From Eledone cirrhosa (lineage: Eukaryota), in the NCBI GenBank assembly GCA_964016885.1, contig OZ024756.1, positions 13,330,001-13,394,000 of the forward strand: a DNA stretch of 64,000 bases, in the 5' to 3' direction. Positions 63,486 through 64,000 of this stretch are shown here, piece after piece; within the stretch, counting starts at the first letter, position 1; each line of letters begins with the position of its first letter. Below the pieces are notes generated by a model. The model saw only the letters and a list, made by a program, of their open reading frames with translations. It ran no database searches and was not told where the DNA came from. A program made the translations under genes and the position numbers.

Positions 63486-64000
63486 CAAAGAAAACAAGGC
63501 GGCGGTCCCTTCTGGGAAATGGTTGTGCTCGGTGTGTAGGAAAGGCGTAGGTAGAAACTCCATTTTATGTCCTAAATGCAAAGTATGGGTGCATAAAAGA
63601 TGTAGTGGGATCACAGGTAAGCTAACTAAGAACATAGATTTTACATGTGGCCGGTGCTCTGGTGCAATAAGTAGCAGCAAGTGCCCACAAACTACTAGCT
63701 CTTTCAATTGCGCAGAGGGTTCTATAGAAATAGTGGACAGCTTCCGTTACCTGGGCGATAAAATCAGCAGTGGGGGAGGGTGCTCTGAAAGTACTGTAGC
63801 TAGAGTCAGAACTGGTTGGAAAAAGTTCAGAGAGCTTATACCACTATTAGCTGCTAAAGGGTTCTCACTAAAAATGAAAGGCAGGTTGTACGATGCCTGC
63901 ATACGAACAGCAATGCTGCATGGCAGTGAGACCTGGGCATTGTGTGCAGAGGATATACGCAGACTAGAGAGGAACGAAGCTTGCATGCTCCGCTGGATGT
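63486..64000 (+). mobile_element. 5'-truncated RTE copy (further subfamily), continuing beyond the window
   Basis: PSGKWLCSVCRKGVGRNSILCPKC..HKRC..CGRC, DSFRYLGD, MLHGSETW. Confidence 0.9.

Overview
Eukaryotic, AT-rich, microsatellite-dense and transposon-dense DNA. The repeat landscape suggests a coleoid cephalopod such as Octopus (inference). Hidden from the ORF track is one + strand split gene, reconstructed by hand as 13 phase-consistent GT-AG exons (8063..61742, about 527 codons, 3' end beyond the window) behind a TATA+Inr core promoter. It encodes a secreted animal heme peroxidase-family protein whose reading frame is intact but whose proximal heme ligand (His->Tyr) and several other heme-contact residues are substituted. 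Introns and flanks hold a full-length, intact RTE-clade LINE with a PHD-type zinc finger inside ORF2, many truncated RTE copies, two tRNA-derived SINE families, decayed Penelope and Tx1-like elements, mariner/maT, Tigger-like, piggyBac-like and Helentron-like non-autonomous elements, and large minisatellites built from LINE parts. There are also at least seven well-formed minimal type I hammerhead ribozyme motifs plus several degenerate ones, mostly between (TA)n tracts and often in fold-back palindromes, with a dense cluster at 32.6-34.2 kb.
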